Below are positions 22,517 through 34,527 of a stretch of 64,000 nucleotides of DNA, in pieces. How positions within the stretch are numbered: the stretch's first letter is position 1; every line of letters begins with the position of its first letter. The notes under the pieces are model-generated. The model did not search any database, was not told the origin of the DNA, and saw only the letters and a list, made by a program, of their open reading frames with translations. This stretch comes from Oopsacas minuta (Eukaryota > Animalia > Porifera). The stretch is from NCBI GenBank assembly GCA_024704765.1, contig JAKMXF010000166.1, positions 124,001 through 188,000 on the forward strand, in the 5' to 3' direction. The position numbers were made by a program, and so were the translations under genes.

Positions 22517-23584
22517 TCACTTATCATTAAAATTGTCAATACGTTTAAAAATTAACTTCTTCAAATCTTCAATAGAAACATTAATTCCCTTGACATAATC
22601 GTGGTAGACAGGGCAAGCTATAAAATCGTTTGTTGGGAAAGATTTCAAAAATGAATGTTCCAAAGCTAGTTTAGCTGAAGGACGGATTTTCGCATCAAAA
22701 CAGAGTAAATTTTCTAAAAAGCTAGTCAGATCTTTGCTACAAGAATTGACTAGTTTAATTATGTGATTTTTCTGCACTCCTTTGCAAGTTTTAGCGGTTT
22801 CATATAAACGCTTATCTTGGATATTATCAATCCAATCAAATTCATTAATTTCCAAAATATCTATCATTTGAGTTAAAACTTTCGACGCATCAGTCGAAGT
22901 GAAGAGTGGAGACCCAGTAACCATTTCAAATAGAACACAGCCAACAGCCCAGATATCGACCCTATAATCAGCTGGCCAACCTAACACAATCTCAGGTGTA
23001 TTATTCCACCATGTAGATACATAACCAATAGAAACCTCACTGGATGCTAAGCCAAAGTCGATTATCTTAATAATTTCATTATTATCAACCATTAGGTTAT
23101 ACGGGTTGATATCACGATGTACTACACCAGCAGAATGTATGTAACGTAACCCCTGCAAAGTTTGAGAAATATAAGATTGTATTTGACATCCGGTCAGAGG
23201 ATTGGATTTGATGAGTTCATATAGCGTTCGGTGACAAAGTTCAAGAACTATATAAAAACTGATAGAAGAATCAGGGATATTTTGCGAAAATGGGGACATT
23301 AGTATATCAAGAATATTCACAATATTTTTATGGTTAAAATGAGATAGAAGAGATAATTCTGTATAGAATGATAAAGCTCTATCAGCGTATAACAACATCA
23401 TTGTACAACACTTTATAGCAACTTTTCCATTTGTTTCAGAATCAAATGCTTGGCAAACAGACCCGAATGCTCCTTTCCCAATATATTCAACAGCTGAATA
23501 TGTACGTGGTAACTGCCAGGTCTCCCATTGAACTTCAAAATCAACCCATTCTTGTAGAGACAAAGATTCATCTTGACATGCCAT
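22517..23584 (-). CDS. Divergent p38-like MAP kinase, possibly catalytically impaired
   Basis: p38-like N-lobe (WQLPRTYSAVEYIGKGAFGSVCQAFD, KVAIK, HKNIVNILDI), DFG and VDIWAVGC present; HRDINPYN and SIGYVSTWWNNTPE replace HRDLKPSN and [13 protein letters not shown]. Confidence 0.85.
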   Translation of the reverse strand: MACQDESLSLQEWVDFEVQWETWQLPRTYSAVEYIGKGAFGSVCQAFDSETNGKVAIKCCTMMLLYADRALSFYTELSLLSHFNHKNIVNILDILMSPFSQNIPDSSISFYIVLELCHRTLYELIKSNPLTGCQIQSYISQTLQGLRYIHSAGVVHRDINPYNLMVDNNEIIKIIDFGLASSEVSIGYVSTWWNNTPEIVLGWPADYRVDIWAVGCVLFEMVTGSPLFTSTDASKVLTQMIDILEINEFDWIDNIQDKRLYETAKTCKGVQKNHIIKLVNSCSKDLTSFLENLLCFDAKIRPSAKLALEHSFLKSFPTNDFIACPVYHDYVKGINVSIEDLKKLIFKRIDNFNDK

Positions 23585-24304
23585 TTAGATAATTAATTCA
23601 AGTATTGAATAGGTCATTGAATTACAAATAATGATAACCAGTAAATACAGTTAGAACTTAGAGGACTATATATATGGTATTAATTTGCAAAACTATCCGT
23701 TGAGTTAAATAATTCGTATTCAGCTAACCTGTAAGTATTAACAAGTATAATTAGTTAGATAGTTAAGTTAAATGGTGGGTGGAGCAAACAGTATACCAAA
23801 TGATCTGTTATAATTAATTAAAATGTCGTAATTAGAAATGATCCATACAGATCCAAACAATAGATCCGTTATCTCAGGGGATCCTAATTCGTTCTCGGTC
23901 ACAGTGTGGCTATGAAAAGAATTTTGACTTTGTTATGAACTTTGAAAATATGTGGCAAGGAACATATGTATCACATGCGGTTTTCTACAGCAGTCTCATA
24001 TAATGATCGGAGGAATATGAGCTATGATAAGGTGAACAGTCCTTGGCTTGGACCAATTATGAATATATCATGATACCCTAGTTAAGGTAATATTGTCTCT
24101 TTGTAAAATAATTAATCTCACAATACTAATGCTTTTTGAGCAAATCTATAATTAATTAAGCTAACTTCTAAATCATTAATAATCCTGTAGGAGAAATTTA
24201 CAAGAGATAGACCTGTATGGTGTATGGGAGGGTAGTACTCTAATAATTGCATGCATAATGCATTTGAAACAAATCACACACACAACACACTGTGAGATAG
24301 AAAT

Positions 24305-25483
24305 CTATTCATGATATTTTCTACGTGACCCCCTAGTTTGAATTATCGTTCTCTTTACTTTCGACTCTTCCGTGATTGTATCCGCTCGTTGTTTAGATTT
24401 ACGATTATATTTTCTTTGTGAATCCGTGTAAGCCCTTCGCTTCTTTCGAGATGATATTTCTCTTTTGTGATCAGGTGTGGAGCGGTTGTGGAGTCTACGT
24501 AATCTTTCTGAAAGGACAATCTTTTTCAGTTCTAAGACAGGTGTATTAGTGGGTGACTTAGGTTCAGAGAAAAATTGTGTGAAACATGAGACTGGTGATA
24601 TTGTGAGGGAATCGGGAGAACTACAATTAGATTGTTCAATAGAAGATAAGGACGATATCATATCAGTTTTGGTACGGAATTGAGGATTCGTTGATCTCAA
24701 ACTATATTTCCTCTTCAAAGGACTAATAAGAGGTCTCTTGGCAAATTGGAACGCCCCATTACCAACACGTTCACATGTGACACATTCACAATTTTCATTT
24801 CCAGGGCCAAAGAAGTTCTCACCATAAAAGCATGTGATTTCTTCTCTGACTGAGATAGGACGTACACACACAACACAGGCTGTATCACGACCAGTTGGCC
24901 AAAATTTACAATTCGGTTTACAATCATGGTTGATATACGCTGCTGGCCCAAGCCAAAGTTGTGAACATTGTTTCCTTGTCGAGTACATAATGCTAAAATC
25001 GTTTTCACCCGTACGGATGAATGCTTTCTCCTCATCAGCATTCATCTCTACGATAAAGCCACTGAGATGGGTAATAGACTCCCCTGAGTTCCACTCTTTG
25101 GTCGCATCCACCTGCACACCCTGTCCACTCTTATCTTGTGAGTATCGATTACAGATTGAATATTCATAGCCAGATTCTGGGAGCAAAACGGCTAAATATC
25201 TGAAGAGATGTTCTCTAAACATATCTTCGTTTGCCTTGCTCTTTGTGAAAAAATAATGTTCAGCCCAATTATTATCGGAAACCAATTTTTCATAAGCCTC
25301 CTCAAAGTCAAGATTGATATGGAATTTTTCAAGATTTCTCATTATTTCTACTGGCTTACCCCGTATTTGGCGAAATTTCTGATTCATCTTATGCGTGGTA
25401 ACGCCCATGAGGGTATCCACTACTAGACTGGTGGAGATATCGTCGAATTCGGCAATTAATCTGACTGTATTATTACACATCAT
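24305..25483 (-). CDS. KMT5B: SUV4-20 family histone H4K20 methyltransferase
   Basis: DDISTSLVVD, NDFSIMYSTRK, QLWLGPAAYINHDCKPNC, EEITCFYGENFFG and post-SET CECVTCER. First ATG is 25483 (the track opens at TTG). Cannot separate KMT5B from KMT5C. Confidence 0.9.
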   Translation of the reverse strand: MMCNNTVRLIAEFDDISTSLVVDTLMGVTTHKMNQKFRQIRGKPVEIMRNLEKFHINLDFEEAYEKLVSDNNWAEHYFFTKSKANEDMFREHLFRYLAVLLPESGYEYSICNRYSQDKSGQGVQVDATKEWNSGESITHLSGFIVEMNADEEKAFIRTGENDFSIMYSTRKQCSQLWLGPAAYINHDCKPNCKFWPTGRDTACVVCVRPISVREEITCFYGENFFGPGNENCECVTCERVGNGAFQFAKRPLISPLKRKYSLRSTNPQFRTKTDMISSLSSIEQSNCSSPDSLTISPVSCFTQFFSEPKSPTNTPVLELKKIVLSERLRRLHNRSTPDHKREISSRKKRRAYTDSQRKYNRKSKQRADTITEESKVKRTIIQTRGSRRKYHE

Positions 25484-26653
25484 GCCTGTGATAGGTTGAA
25501 CTATATTGATTAGAACCAAGAATTATATGAATCAGTGAATCAGATAGTATTCATAGTTATAACCTTATGTAATCCTGCTATTCCATATTACTGGTTGAAA
25601 TTATGACACATTATGGTAAGGAACACTTATGATGCCCATTTTTGAGTGAGAAATTCATCACTTAGGATTAGGAACAGGTTTCACTAATTCATATCATTTA
25701 TTTTGATCACTTCATTCTTATATTAGTTTTACGTAATCTAAATTCAATTGCCCCAGCCTCTTACAATGCCCGAATGCTATATAATTTTCAGCTATTGTTA
25801 GGGTTTATAAACTGAATCAATTCTATAATCGGATAGAGAGTAGATAAGATAAGAATAAAGGTGTTGTGTAACGTAAAATAAGGACATTTTGGAACGGCTG
25901 AATGCAAAATTAAATCAACTTATATAGCCATTTGTCTTGCTTAGACAGCTATGAGAGAATAAAAGTCAAACTTAAGCCTGTCATATAAAGTACTATACTT
26001 GTTTCTCATCACCGCCCGTTTGGAGAGATTTTTCTCTCCAAATTTATGGATAGTCATAATATTTACATACGTATCTCTGGCGTATAAAAATAAAAATAAA
26101 ATACTGTCCGCCGTACCAGTTTCCAAAGAAAATCCCGATGAGAAACAAGTAATTTATTTTACATGACCTTATATGTCATTTATAATATTCTCACCTAAAA
26201 TAATGATACAAACGTAGATAGTTACACCAAAACTATTATTTTATTGAATTACTTTCTGGATACATTGTATGATCTCAAGGTTATTATTTCGCTTGTTGTA
26301 TCCATAAATTCATCGAAAGTTTCCTAATTAGGCAAAAGTATACATAATAGCATTGGATTTCATCTATCATATCGATATAACAGGACCGTGGAGAACTCAT
26401 TGATTGTGGGGTCAACCTTGCATAATAAACAATATATCCTTATTTAGTCGAAGGTTATCCTTACAGCTGGCTTAAATTTGATATCATGTTGTTATCATAT
26501 TTTACAACATAGATCATTGCTGAATGCTGAAGAAACAATTCAGTAACAAAGCATTAGATTGTATTATCTTAAGTTGCAGAAGATTTTCGATTCATCAACC
26601 ATCTGTTTTATTTTAGAAGATAGCTCTTGTTACAGGAAATCCTGAGAATATTG

Positions 26654-26869
26654 TACAGTGCATCCTCTATAAGCGGGGCAATATTGGTCCACATTCATTC
26701 ATTTCCATAGAAACGAACATCTATAAACGGGGAATGGGGGATTATACGATAAATTTCTTGAACAATCATTTTTTGTGCTAAATTTAGAATACAAACGTTA
26801 ATATTATAATTGGGGAACGGGGGTTTATCAGGAAATTCGCCGTCCCACACTTACAGAGGTTCTACTGTA
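26654..26869. mobile_element. Tc1/mariner/pogo-type MITE, about 212 bp plus TA
   Basis: Left TACAGTGCATCCTCTATAAG vs reverse complement of right TACAGTAGAACCTCTGTAAG; internal CTATAAACGGGG subterminal repeat. Confidence 0.65.
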
Positions 26870-27141
26870 TTAGCTGAAACAAGATATGATAACGTGGCCA
26901 TCACGTAGGTGCTAATATAAATCACAATTATTACATCCATCAATAGTGGCATACAACACTTGATTACAGCTTCACCACCTTGCCAATCCTAAATACATAC
27001 ATTGGTACATATATTGTATGGTATGCTGTATGTAATATAATAATTTAACTTAGCAGAGATTAATTCTGATAATAGGTAGGCTCTTAAACACAGTTGAACC
27101 ATTTATTAGATATTTGCACTTATTTAGTTAGTAAAAAGGAA

Positions 27142-29206
27142 ATGAAGAATATAATATTTGCATTATTTCTCCTCTATCCTCTTTCAATAACAGGCTATCA
27201 GATAGAAGAAGCAACAAATAGAAACAAAGTCTTTCTGTCCCAAAAAAGTTTGTTATAAATATTTTCATCAGTCAGTTTAGATGAAATTACTTGGCAATAA
27301 TTATTGATTTCTGAATTAGACAATGATTGCTCTTCGAAAACTCCAATATATGATGCCTTTAAGAACGCGTCACTTACATTCTACTGCCCATTCAAGCCAA
27401 TAGAATGGATTTACAGAACAAATGCCGATTGGAAATATGAGTTTCAAATAAATGAGAAGAGAGATTTAAATTTTACGATTGAGGTAAAATCTCTACAAGA
27501 AGGATGTGTATGTTGCAGATCAATTATATGTAAGTTTCCAATATTAGTATTTATTCTGTAGTAACCATGAGCTCAAGCATCTCTCTCTCTTTCTCTAGAT
27601 TATACTTTAGCATGCATACAGCTCAAAATAAATTCAGCTCCAATCCTGAATTATTTTTATCCATATGTAACAGCTACATATTGTGATGAACCATTTGAAA
27701 TTGTATGTCCATTCACTGGATATCCTCAGATGAACTATACTTGGGTATTTTATTATGACAACAACGTGAATCAAACTGAAGGTACAAGGTTAACGATATT
27801 AGTAAATTTATACAATTTTCTATTACGCATTCAAAACTTATATTGCCATAATTTGACACTTGAATACTATTTCTAGTCAATCTGCCAGCTATGAAAGGCC
27901 AAACTCACAATGAAGTTCTACATTTCGATAAATATAGTACAGATATGAGAAGTGGTACATTCCATTGTACTGCAGAAAATGAATATGGAATAGGAGGGAA
28001 ATCCACTGCAGATAATGGAAGACATGCCAGGCCTAGATTCCAACTTTCTGCTCCACAAGAGTGTGTAGGATATAATCAATATTTTGCAAGTGATCTCAGT
28101 CAAGAATATAAAGGCTCAATCGGAGGAAACGTAACAATGTCATGTAGCATACAGTATGCTTGTCAATTTCCACAAGATTGTTTGGATTATATAAAATGGG
28201 ATGACTCTTTGTTCCCTCCTGATAGGACAGTCAAAGCTAATATTTCTAGTTGCTCAAGATGTGCAGGTAATATTGCTATAAGTTGTAAATTAAGAATGGA
28301 ATAATCTATTTATGTAATTTCATTTAGCTATAAAGAATAGGACGATTTTCAATATTGAAGCAAGTGATTTCAATAAAATCTATTCATGCACAATTACTAA
28401 ACCAAGAGGTTATAAAATATTCCACTATAATACCACATTGAAAACAGCCTCACAAAATATCCAATCATTCAACCCAATTCCTGCACTACTACCAACGACT
28501 ATCATATTGATAGCTCTTACGATTTTAACTATTTCTTTTATCTCATTGGGAATATATTACAAGAAGAATATTACAATGTTTTTCTACTATCGACTAGCGA
28601 AAGAACCGCCTTATGTGAAAGGATTAAAGTATGATGCGTTTATTAGTTTCGCATCTTTAGACAAAGATTTTGTGGAGGAAAAGGTGAGCAATTATGTTTA
28701 CAAATTCTTAGAATTGTCTATAATTAGTAATACTTTATTTAAATTAGATTCATAATAGAGTTAATAATGCTGGGTATAAGGTAATCTGGTATCCAGATGA
28801 TTTTCCAGCAGGAGGTATAATTTTACAAGAAGCTAAAGATTCTATTTGGAAATCGAGTAAGTTTATAGGTCGCTGATCAAATTCTATTTCAAGATTAGCT
28901 TTCCAAGCCCAAACATATTATATCACATTCTTCAAACTTATTTGTATAGGGAAAACAATTCTATGTTTGAGTGAGAACTTCCTTAGAAGCGATTATTGCA
29001 AAGCTGAGAAAGATTTCTGTTTCGAAAAGGCAATGGAGACATTTAAGAACTTTCTTATCATAATACATCTAGACAACTGTGAAATTCCGAGTGATATGAA
29101 AAAACTGAAGATTATAGAAATGAGTCTTCAGGGTAATCAAGCGAGAGCTTTCTCGAATCTGAAGTATCTTCTCAAAGCACCTGTTAATACCGTTGTAACT
29201 AACTGA
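27142..29206 (+). CDS. IL-1 receptor-like Ig-domain / TM / TIR receptor, 7 exons, 536 aa
   Basis: Exons 27142-27247, 27320-27529, 27599-27781, 27877-28266, 28328-28683, 28748-28856, 28950-29206 total 1611 nt in frame. Signal peptide MKNIIFALFLLYPLSITG; Ig motifs CPFTGYPQMNYTW, GTFHCTAENEYG, VTMSCSI, IYSCTI; TM ILIALTILTISFISLGIYY; TIR boxes KYDAFISF, YPDDFPAG, SRKTILCLSENFLRSDYC. Confidence 0.9.
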
Positions 29207-29579
29207 GCTGAAAAGATACGTTTTTACAATTACAAGAATGGTATTCTAATATTAAACACTTTTCAAGGAAAATTTGATTTGAGTTTCATGTGCGTGTTAA
29301 TCAATTAATTTTTATATATTATTGTAATTCTTAGGCACAAACTGTGCTTTTTTTATTATTTTTTGTTAGACGCTATCCAGATATCAAAACATGATCTTTT
29401 GAGCATTTACATAACATGTTAGAGTGAGAAAGTAAAGGTTAATTTGCGATCTAAAGCATATACCAACACGTAATAGAGACAAAAGGTAATCAATGATTAA
29501 TATTACGTTAGTTCTGATTGAAATTTCAACGTATACACTTAATCAGTTCTCAAAACTATACAAAAATATAATGGTCCAG

Positions 29580-31070
29580 TTAACTCTCACTACTGGTGAC
29601 CTTAAGCTGGGTGGTTTCCCCTTCTGAGGTGAATTGGTGTAGGAGAGTGAGTCGCTTTTGTTTGGTAATATTCATCTGTTTAACAATCCCAACCGTGTCT
29701 GTCTGTTTAGAATGCTCAATCTTCCATGACAAATTCTCGATTTCTCTTTCAAGTTGAGCTTGATGGTATTCAAACATTTCTTTCCAAGGACCTTCGAGGT
29801 AATAAGCATAAGCGTAAGTGAATTTAAGTGTATATCTGCATTTTAGTAGAAGGTCAACAGCATCTAGGAGATATTGCCAATCGATCCAAGTACCATTACC
29901 TAGCTTGATCTGACCTTGTATGTGTTCGTTAATTTGGCTACGAGTTTGTTCTTCAAGTTCTAGACTCTGAATATGATTTTTCCAACGTGAATAATAATGC
30001 AAATATTTGTTAAGAGATTCCCTCGCGGAATTACCACCATCTCCTATACTAGGATCAGTTTTGTACTTGCTACATTCGTAATACTCTGTTGCGTGAGCTT
30101 TCCAACTGCCAAGACACATCCAACAGAAATCCCAATGACAATTCCGACAACACATATGATTACAACCTCCACTCTTCTCAATGCTAACTTTACATTGAGG
30201 GCAATCCTTGGTGTTCGCACAGATATAGTTCATTGTTTCTGAATCATCTTGACACTTTTTGAGCCAATTCTTAAACTGTGTGCATGGACTGGGGGCGTGG
30301 TAGTTATGCTTACAAATATAGCAGAATAAAGTCGAGCACATTTGACAGGTGACAGGTTTCGAAGCTGAGAAGTCGACCTTCACAATGCAACCACAATCTG
30401 GACCTGGACACCAGCAATATAAAGGGTGTGTCTCAATTAGGTTTTTTAAAAGGAATTTATCATATTTGTCAATCAATTGAACATCTTTAATACAGCTGAC
30501 AACGAAATGCCTATTGAGCAGTAACGAGCATTGTAAACACTCAATTTTCAATGCATTTCCACTACTGATATGAATCTCAATGTGTGTAGAGACACAACTC
30601 AAGCAAAATGAATGTTTACAGTTGAAAACCACTAAATCGCACTGATCATAACAGATAGGACAATAATCTGGCATAACCACCGTTTTAGCATTTGATTTAG
30701 GAATCAAATTAGTTTCCTCTAAAACTTTGTTTGAATCTTCCAGATAAACTTTTTCCAGTTTATCAACATCGTAAAAATAGAAATGTAACATAAATTGAAC
30801 ATTTTCTAAAGAAACTTTCAATTTGTCAGAAGTTATTTTGGCATCAGATTCTAAGCTTTTCTTAGCATCTGAGAAACTTAGACATTTGTAATTGTAAGAT
30901 TCAGGGTCTGTGGTTGGACTGATATCCCCTAAATCTTGTGAGTCCATTTCTCCCTCTGAAAGTCCAGGTGCATAAGGATCATAGTCATCACCACCATCAC
31001 CATCATCATCATCATCATCATCATCAGAAGCATTACTAGTTGTATCTTCTATCCCATCATCCTGACTCAT
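29580..31070 (-). CDS. ARIH1: Ariadne-family RBR E3 ubiquitin ligase
   Basis: Acidic N-terminus (GAT repeat), RING1 CPICY..CKHSFCLSC, IBR WCPGPDC, RING2 TKDCPQCKVSIEKSGGCNHMCC with catalytic Cys, Ariadne domain RYTLKFTYAYAYY. First ATG is 31070. ARIH1 vs ARIH2 not certain. Confidence 0.88.
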   Translation of the reverse strand: MSQDDGIEDTTSNASDDDDDDDDGDGGDDYDPYAPGLSEGEMDSQDLGDISPTTDPESYNYKCLSFSDAKKSLESDAKITSDKLKVSLENVQFMLHFYFYDVDKLEKVYLEDSNKVLEETNLIPKSNAKTVVMPDYCPICYDQCDLVVFNCKHSFCLSCVSTHIEIHISSGNALKIECLQCSLLLNRHFVVSCIKDVQLIDKYDKFLLKNLIETHPLYCWCPGPDCGCIVKVDFSASKPVTCQMCSTLFCYICKHNYHAPSPCTQFKNWLKKCQDDSETMNYICANTKDCPQCKVSIEKSGGCNHMCCRNCHWDFCWMCLGSWKAHATEYYECSKYKTDPSIGDGGNSARESLNKYLHYYSRWKNHIQSLELEEQTRSQINEHIQGQIKLGNGTWIDWQYLLDAVDLLLKCRYTLKFTYAYAYYLEGPWKEMFEYHQAQLEREIENLSWKIEHSKQTDTVGIVKQMNITKQKRLTLLHQFTSEGETTQLKVTSSES

Positions 31071-31981
31071 TCTAACTAAAGTATGTGCTTTAAGCCTAGG
31101 CGTAAGCTGATATTTATACAAATTCAAATAAGTGAGATGAAATTCTCAAAAGAGTTCGAGTTGAAAAGGAAATTGATTTTCCGTAATAAATCAAAATTGA
31201 AGAATTGTTGTAATTTCTAAAGAAAATTGACTCTCCATATTTTACATGAATATATATACAAAATTTCATATTTATTGCGCCATGTGCTAGCTTATACGTA
31301 TTCTAAACTAACAATTCTACATTGTGCACACAGTAATCTTGTACCTGTAGTCATATGTATAATTATTATATTAGCAAGATAAAGTTGACAAAAAATAAAG
31401 TGTTACGAATAATTAGAACTTCTCTATCATGTTATAAGAATCTCTAGTTTAGATGTATAGTTTAGGTGAAGCACGTATTTACACAGAAAAGTTTGTCGAA
31501 AACTACTAAAAATAAATAATTCTAAATTAATTTGGTCGCATATTAAATATGATACGTAACTACTTTATTCCCGTTAAAACTGAGAGTTCCCGAAACTGGA
31601 CTGAAAAGGTTTCCCAATTTTAACTGGTAGGTCATTTGGCCAAACTTGACAGCAGAGGTTGAGAAATCCTGATTTAGATATTGGCAAATGTGGTATCAGA
31701 ATAAATTCACGAGAATAGAAACCGAAATGTTCCAAAACGTTGTCCCCCCTAAACCAAAACATCAAATATAAATGAATATATTAGGAAATTTGAGAAATAT
31801 TTAAAACACGAATTTACTCAAAAATAGGAATTTTAATGAGGTAAATAACTAAAAGAAAATATTAATATTATTGAGGTAATATATAGATTTGTATGTAGAT
31901 AACTAATATATTGTATCTGCTAGAGTGATGGTCAATATACAATGAAGGGTATAAAATGTGAATGACAAGAGATGACATCAT

Positions 31982-33244
31982 TCAAGTGTTAGTAACATAC
32001 TCGTCAGTACAGCATTTTAGTGTTCTATCGTGTCCACTCCAGTAAATCTTCTTCGAACAAATAGCTTGTATAAAATTAGGGATGACTAGTGTTTCACGTA
32101 TAAGCCAAGCGAGACTATATATTAAAAGTAACCCGTCAAAAGTTAGCGGTTTATTGAGGAGGACATAAGAGAGAGTTGCATCAGAAATAAACCATAGAAG
32201 AACATGTGTAGGGAATGTGACAAAAGGATTTACACCGTATAGATAGTATAGAGCAAATGAACACAAAACACCTGTAGGAAAGCACTCAATGCAAGGTTCA
32301 AAAGTCAACCAAGGCATAAAGTACATTCGTATGCGAGTCCATCTAACCATTCTCTGTCTGAACGCGTCAATTGTTCGAGAACCAAAATTCTGATAGAGCG
32401 GAATTCTACTGAGTTTTAGTGTTCGTTTTGAGTTCACAAAATCTTTTCCAATACGATTATCCTCCATAGAAGAGAAGAAATATTTCTTCAGACCTTGTGT
32501 AATTTCATTCAATACATCTTTAGGGAATAACATCGACATACCATTGGTCGAATTAAAACCAAAGAAACTCGACATTAAATAAACTCTTGCATGACTTGTG
32601 TAGAAATAGACAACTTCAAGACATTCTGCTAGAGTATGATTCAGAGATTTTGACAAGGGTAACTGATGCACAAGGCCACCCCCTTCCATGATATGTGACG
32701 TCATCTCGAGTAATGTATTAGGTTCTACACATATGTTAGCATCTGCCATCCACACAAGGTCGTACTCTGCTGCACTTATCCCTGGTACTAAGTTCGTTAC
32801 TTTAGGATTCTCAAAGTTTTTAGGCTCAAAACCTTTTATTTTCTGTGTTTTGATAGACGGATAGTCTCTGATTAATCGATCTACAATTTCGTGAGCTGGA
32901 TCTGATGCTGATTGGATACAGAATATTATTTCAAATTTTGGATAATTAAGTTTGAAATAAGATTCTAGATTACTGTAGAGATTGACATCACTTCCTTTCA
33001 AAGGTTTGATAATCGATACGCTTGGTAAACTGTCTTTTGGGTGGAGTTGTAAGAACACGTATGGATCAAAGGCATATAGAAATTTCTTCGCGTAAAGTAT
33101 TGAAACGATATGACAGAAATAAATAAATATCATTAGACCAATGAAGATATAAGATATAATGGAGAGTACTCCAGATACACTGAAAAGATACCAATATACT
33201 CCTAATATCCTTTCTTTGTATGTTACGTCATCAATATCTCCCAT
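31982..33244 (-). CDS. UGCG: Ceramide glucosyltransferase (GT21)
   Basis: N-terminal TM, VSIIKPLKGSD, NLESYFKLNYPKFEIIFC, NPKVTNL, EDN and RMVRWTRIR motifs. First ATG is 33244. Confidence 0.9.
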   Translation of the reverse strand: MGDIDDVTYKERILGVYWYLFSVSGVLSIISYIFIGLMIFIYFCHIVSILYAKKFLYAFDPYVFLQLHPKDSLPSVSIIKPLKGSDVNLYSNLESYFKLNYPKFEIIFCIQSASDPAHEIVDRLIRDYPSIKTQKIKGFEPKNFENPKVTNLVPGISAAEYDLVWMADANICVEPNTLLEMTSHIMEGGGLVHQLPLSKSLNHTLAECLEVVYFYTSHARVYLMSSFFGFNSTNGMSMLFPKDVLNEITQGLKKYFFSSMEDNRIGKDFVNSKRTLKLSRIPLYQNFGSRTIDAFRQRMVRWTRIRMYFMPWLTFEPCIECFPTGVLCSFALYYLYGVNPFVTFPTHVLLWFISDATLSYVLLNKPLTFDGLLLIYSLAWLIRETLVIPNFIQAICSKKIYWSGHDRTLKCCTDEYVTNT

Positions 33245-33604
33245 CCTGAAGCGTTGGAATGATGTCAATAGCAACTAGCTATTTTGGGAGATGGAATATA
33301 AAGATTAATAATAGATCCAATTTGCTTTAAAGAAATTCGTACAGGAACCTAAATATTTGGAGAAAAGACGAAATATTCAAGAGAAAAGTATCAAACAAAT
33401 GCTTCTGGGCTTGTTAAAACGCAAAAATACAAATAAATACTTTGTCAATTCACTTGCAAGTTGAATAGAAAATTATATTTAGAATTACAAGATAAACAAG
33501 CTTAGGTCACTATAACCACAGCCAATGCGCACAATGGGAAGCCTATTCGTTAATGACTGAGGACAATATTTAAAGATTTATAAGTGGAATTCAGAGAAAT
33601 TCAC

Positions 33605-33632
33605 CAATCTACAATCTACAATCTACAATCTA
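33605..33632. repeat. (CAATCTA)4 tandem repeat
   Basis: Direct reading of the sequence. Confidence 0.9.
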
Positions 33633-34227
33633 GAATGTCTGATTGTATAGTTATGGTCAGCCTAGGCCTGAGAACACATCGAACAAAAATGATAAATATT
33701 TATTAATAATAGATGGAATTAGTTATTTATATGTAAATTTGAAGTGTTCAACTACGTGAACGTAATGAAAGCAACCTATTGAGGTCATTGAATAGTTGAC
33801 ATACTGATTGTATAAGGAAGGCCAATTAGGGTAAAGAAAGTACAAAATACAATTTCTTTGGCTTAATCACTGAAACTTAAGAAAATTACTAGTTCATATT
33901 ATTGGTGCAGGTCAGAAGATATTAATATGAGAGTTTTAGGGATATTTGTAATATTCAATGAATTTGTAATACGATCGACTTGTAGCCTTCAAATGAGAAA
34001 ATTACACGGTTCATAATTAGTGCAAAGTATCCCCTTACTCAATATTACATTGATAATTAAGGCATTACCTGACTTTGATCAAAAGGAGTTAATTGATCAC
34101 CAAAGACAAAATAGGTTCTAAATAAAAAACTTAGAACACTGGCTACGTAGTATGAAATCAATAAACCCGAATTAACAATAATTTATTCATAGAAATATGC
34201 AGTATATTAATTAACAGAATATTCAAA

Positions 34228-34527
34228 TCAATCGATTGAAGCAGTTTTCACGATATATATCAACTTCTTCTTATAATCATAACTAACGATATAAGAGTAT
34301 GATTGATAATTGACGATAACTCGATTGATAACATCGGATTTATCAGAATTTATAGATGAAATAAACTGTTGACAAGACCTCAAAACCTTGTCCATTATAT
34401 CAGCAACTTTCTGTTGATTCTCCAGGTCTCCAGTTGAACTTTTTATTCCTTCATCTTCGTCCAATACGATAGAACCGAGCAAATGCTGCACATTTTCCAA
34501 GTTTTGGTTATAACCAAATGATGCCAT
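34228..34527 (-). CDS. LAMTOR4: Ragulator subunit LAMTOR4 (99 aa)
   Basis: GSIVLDEDEGIKSSTGDLEN, RVIVNYQSYSYIV, IYIVK; length matches the family. Confidence 0.8.
   Translation of the reverse strand: MASFGYNQNLENVQHLLGSIVLDEDEGIKSSTGDLENQQKVADIMDKVLRSCQQFISSINSDKSDVINRVIVNYQSYSYIVSYDYKKKLIYIVKTASID

Noticed and set aside
23840-24090. Coding-looking patch between the p38-like gene and KMT5B
   Set aside because: The frames I translated are interrupted by stops within about 55 codons and no homology was recognisable.
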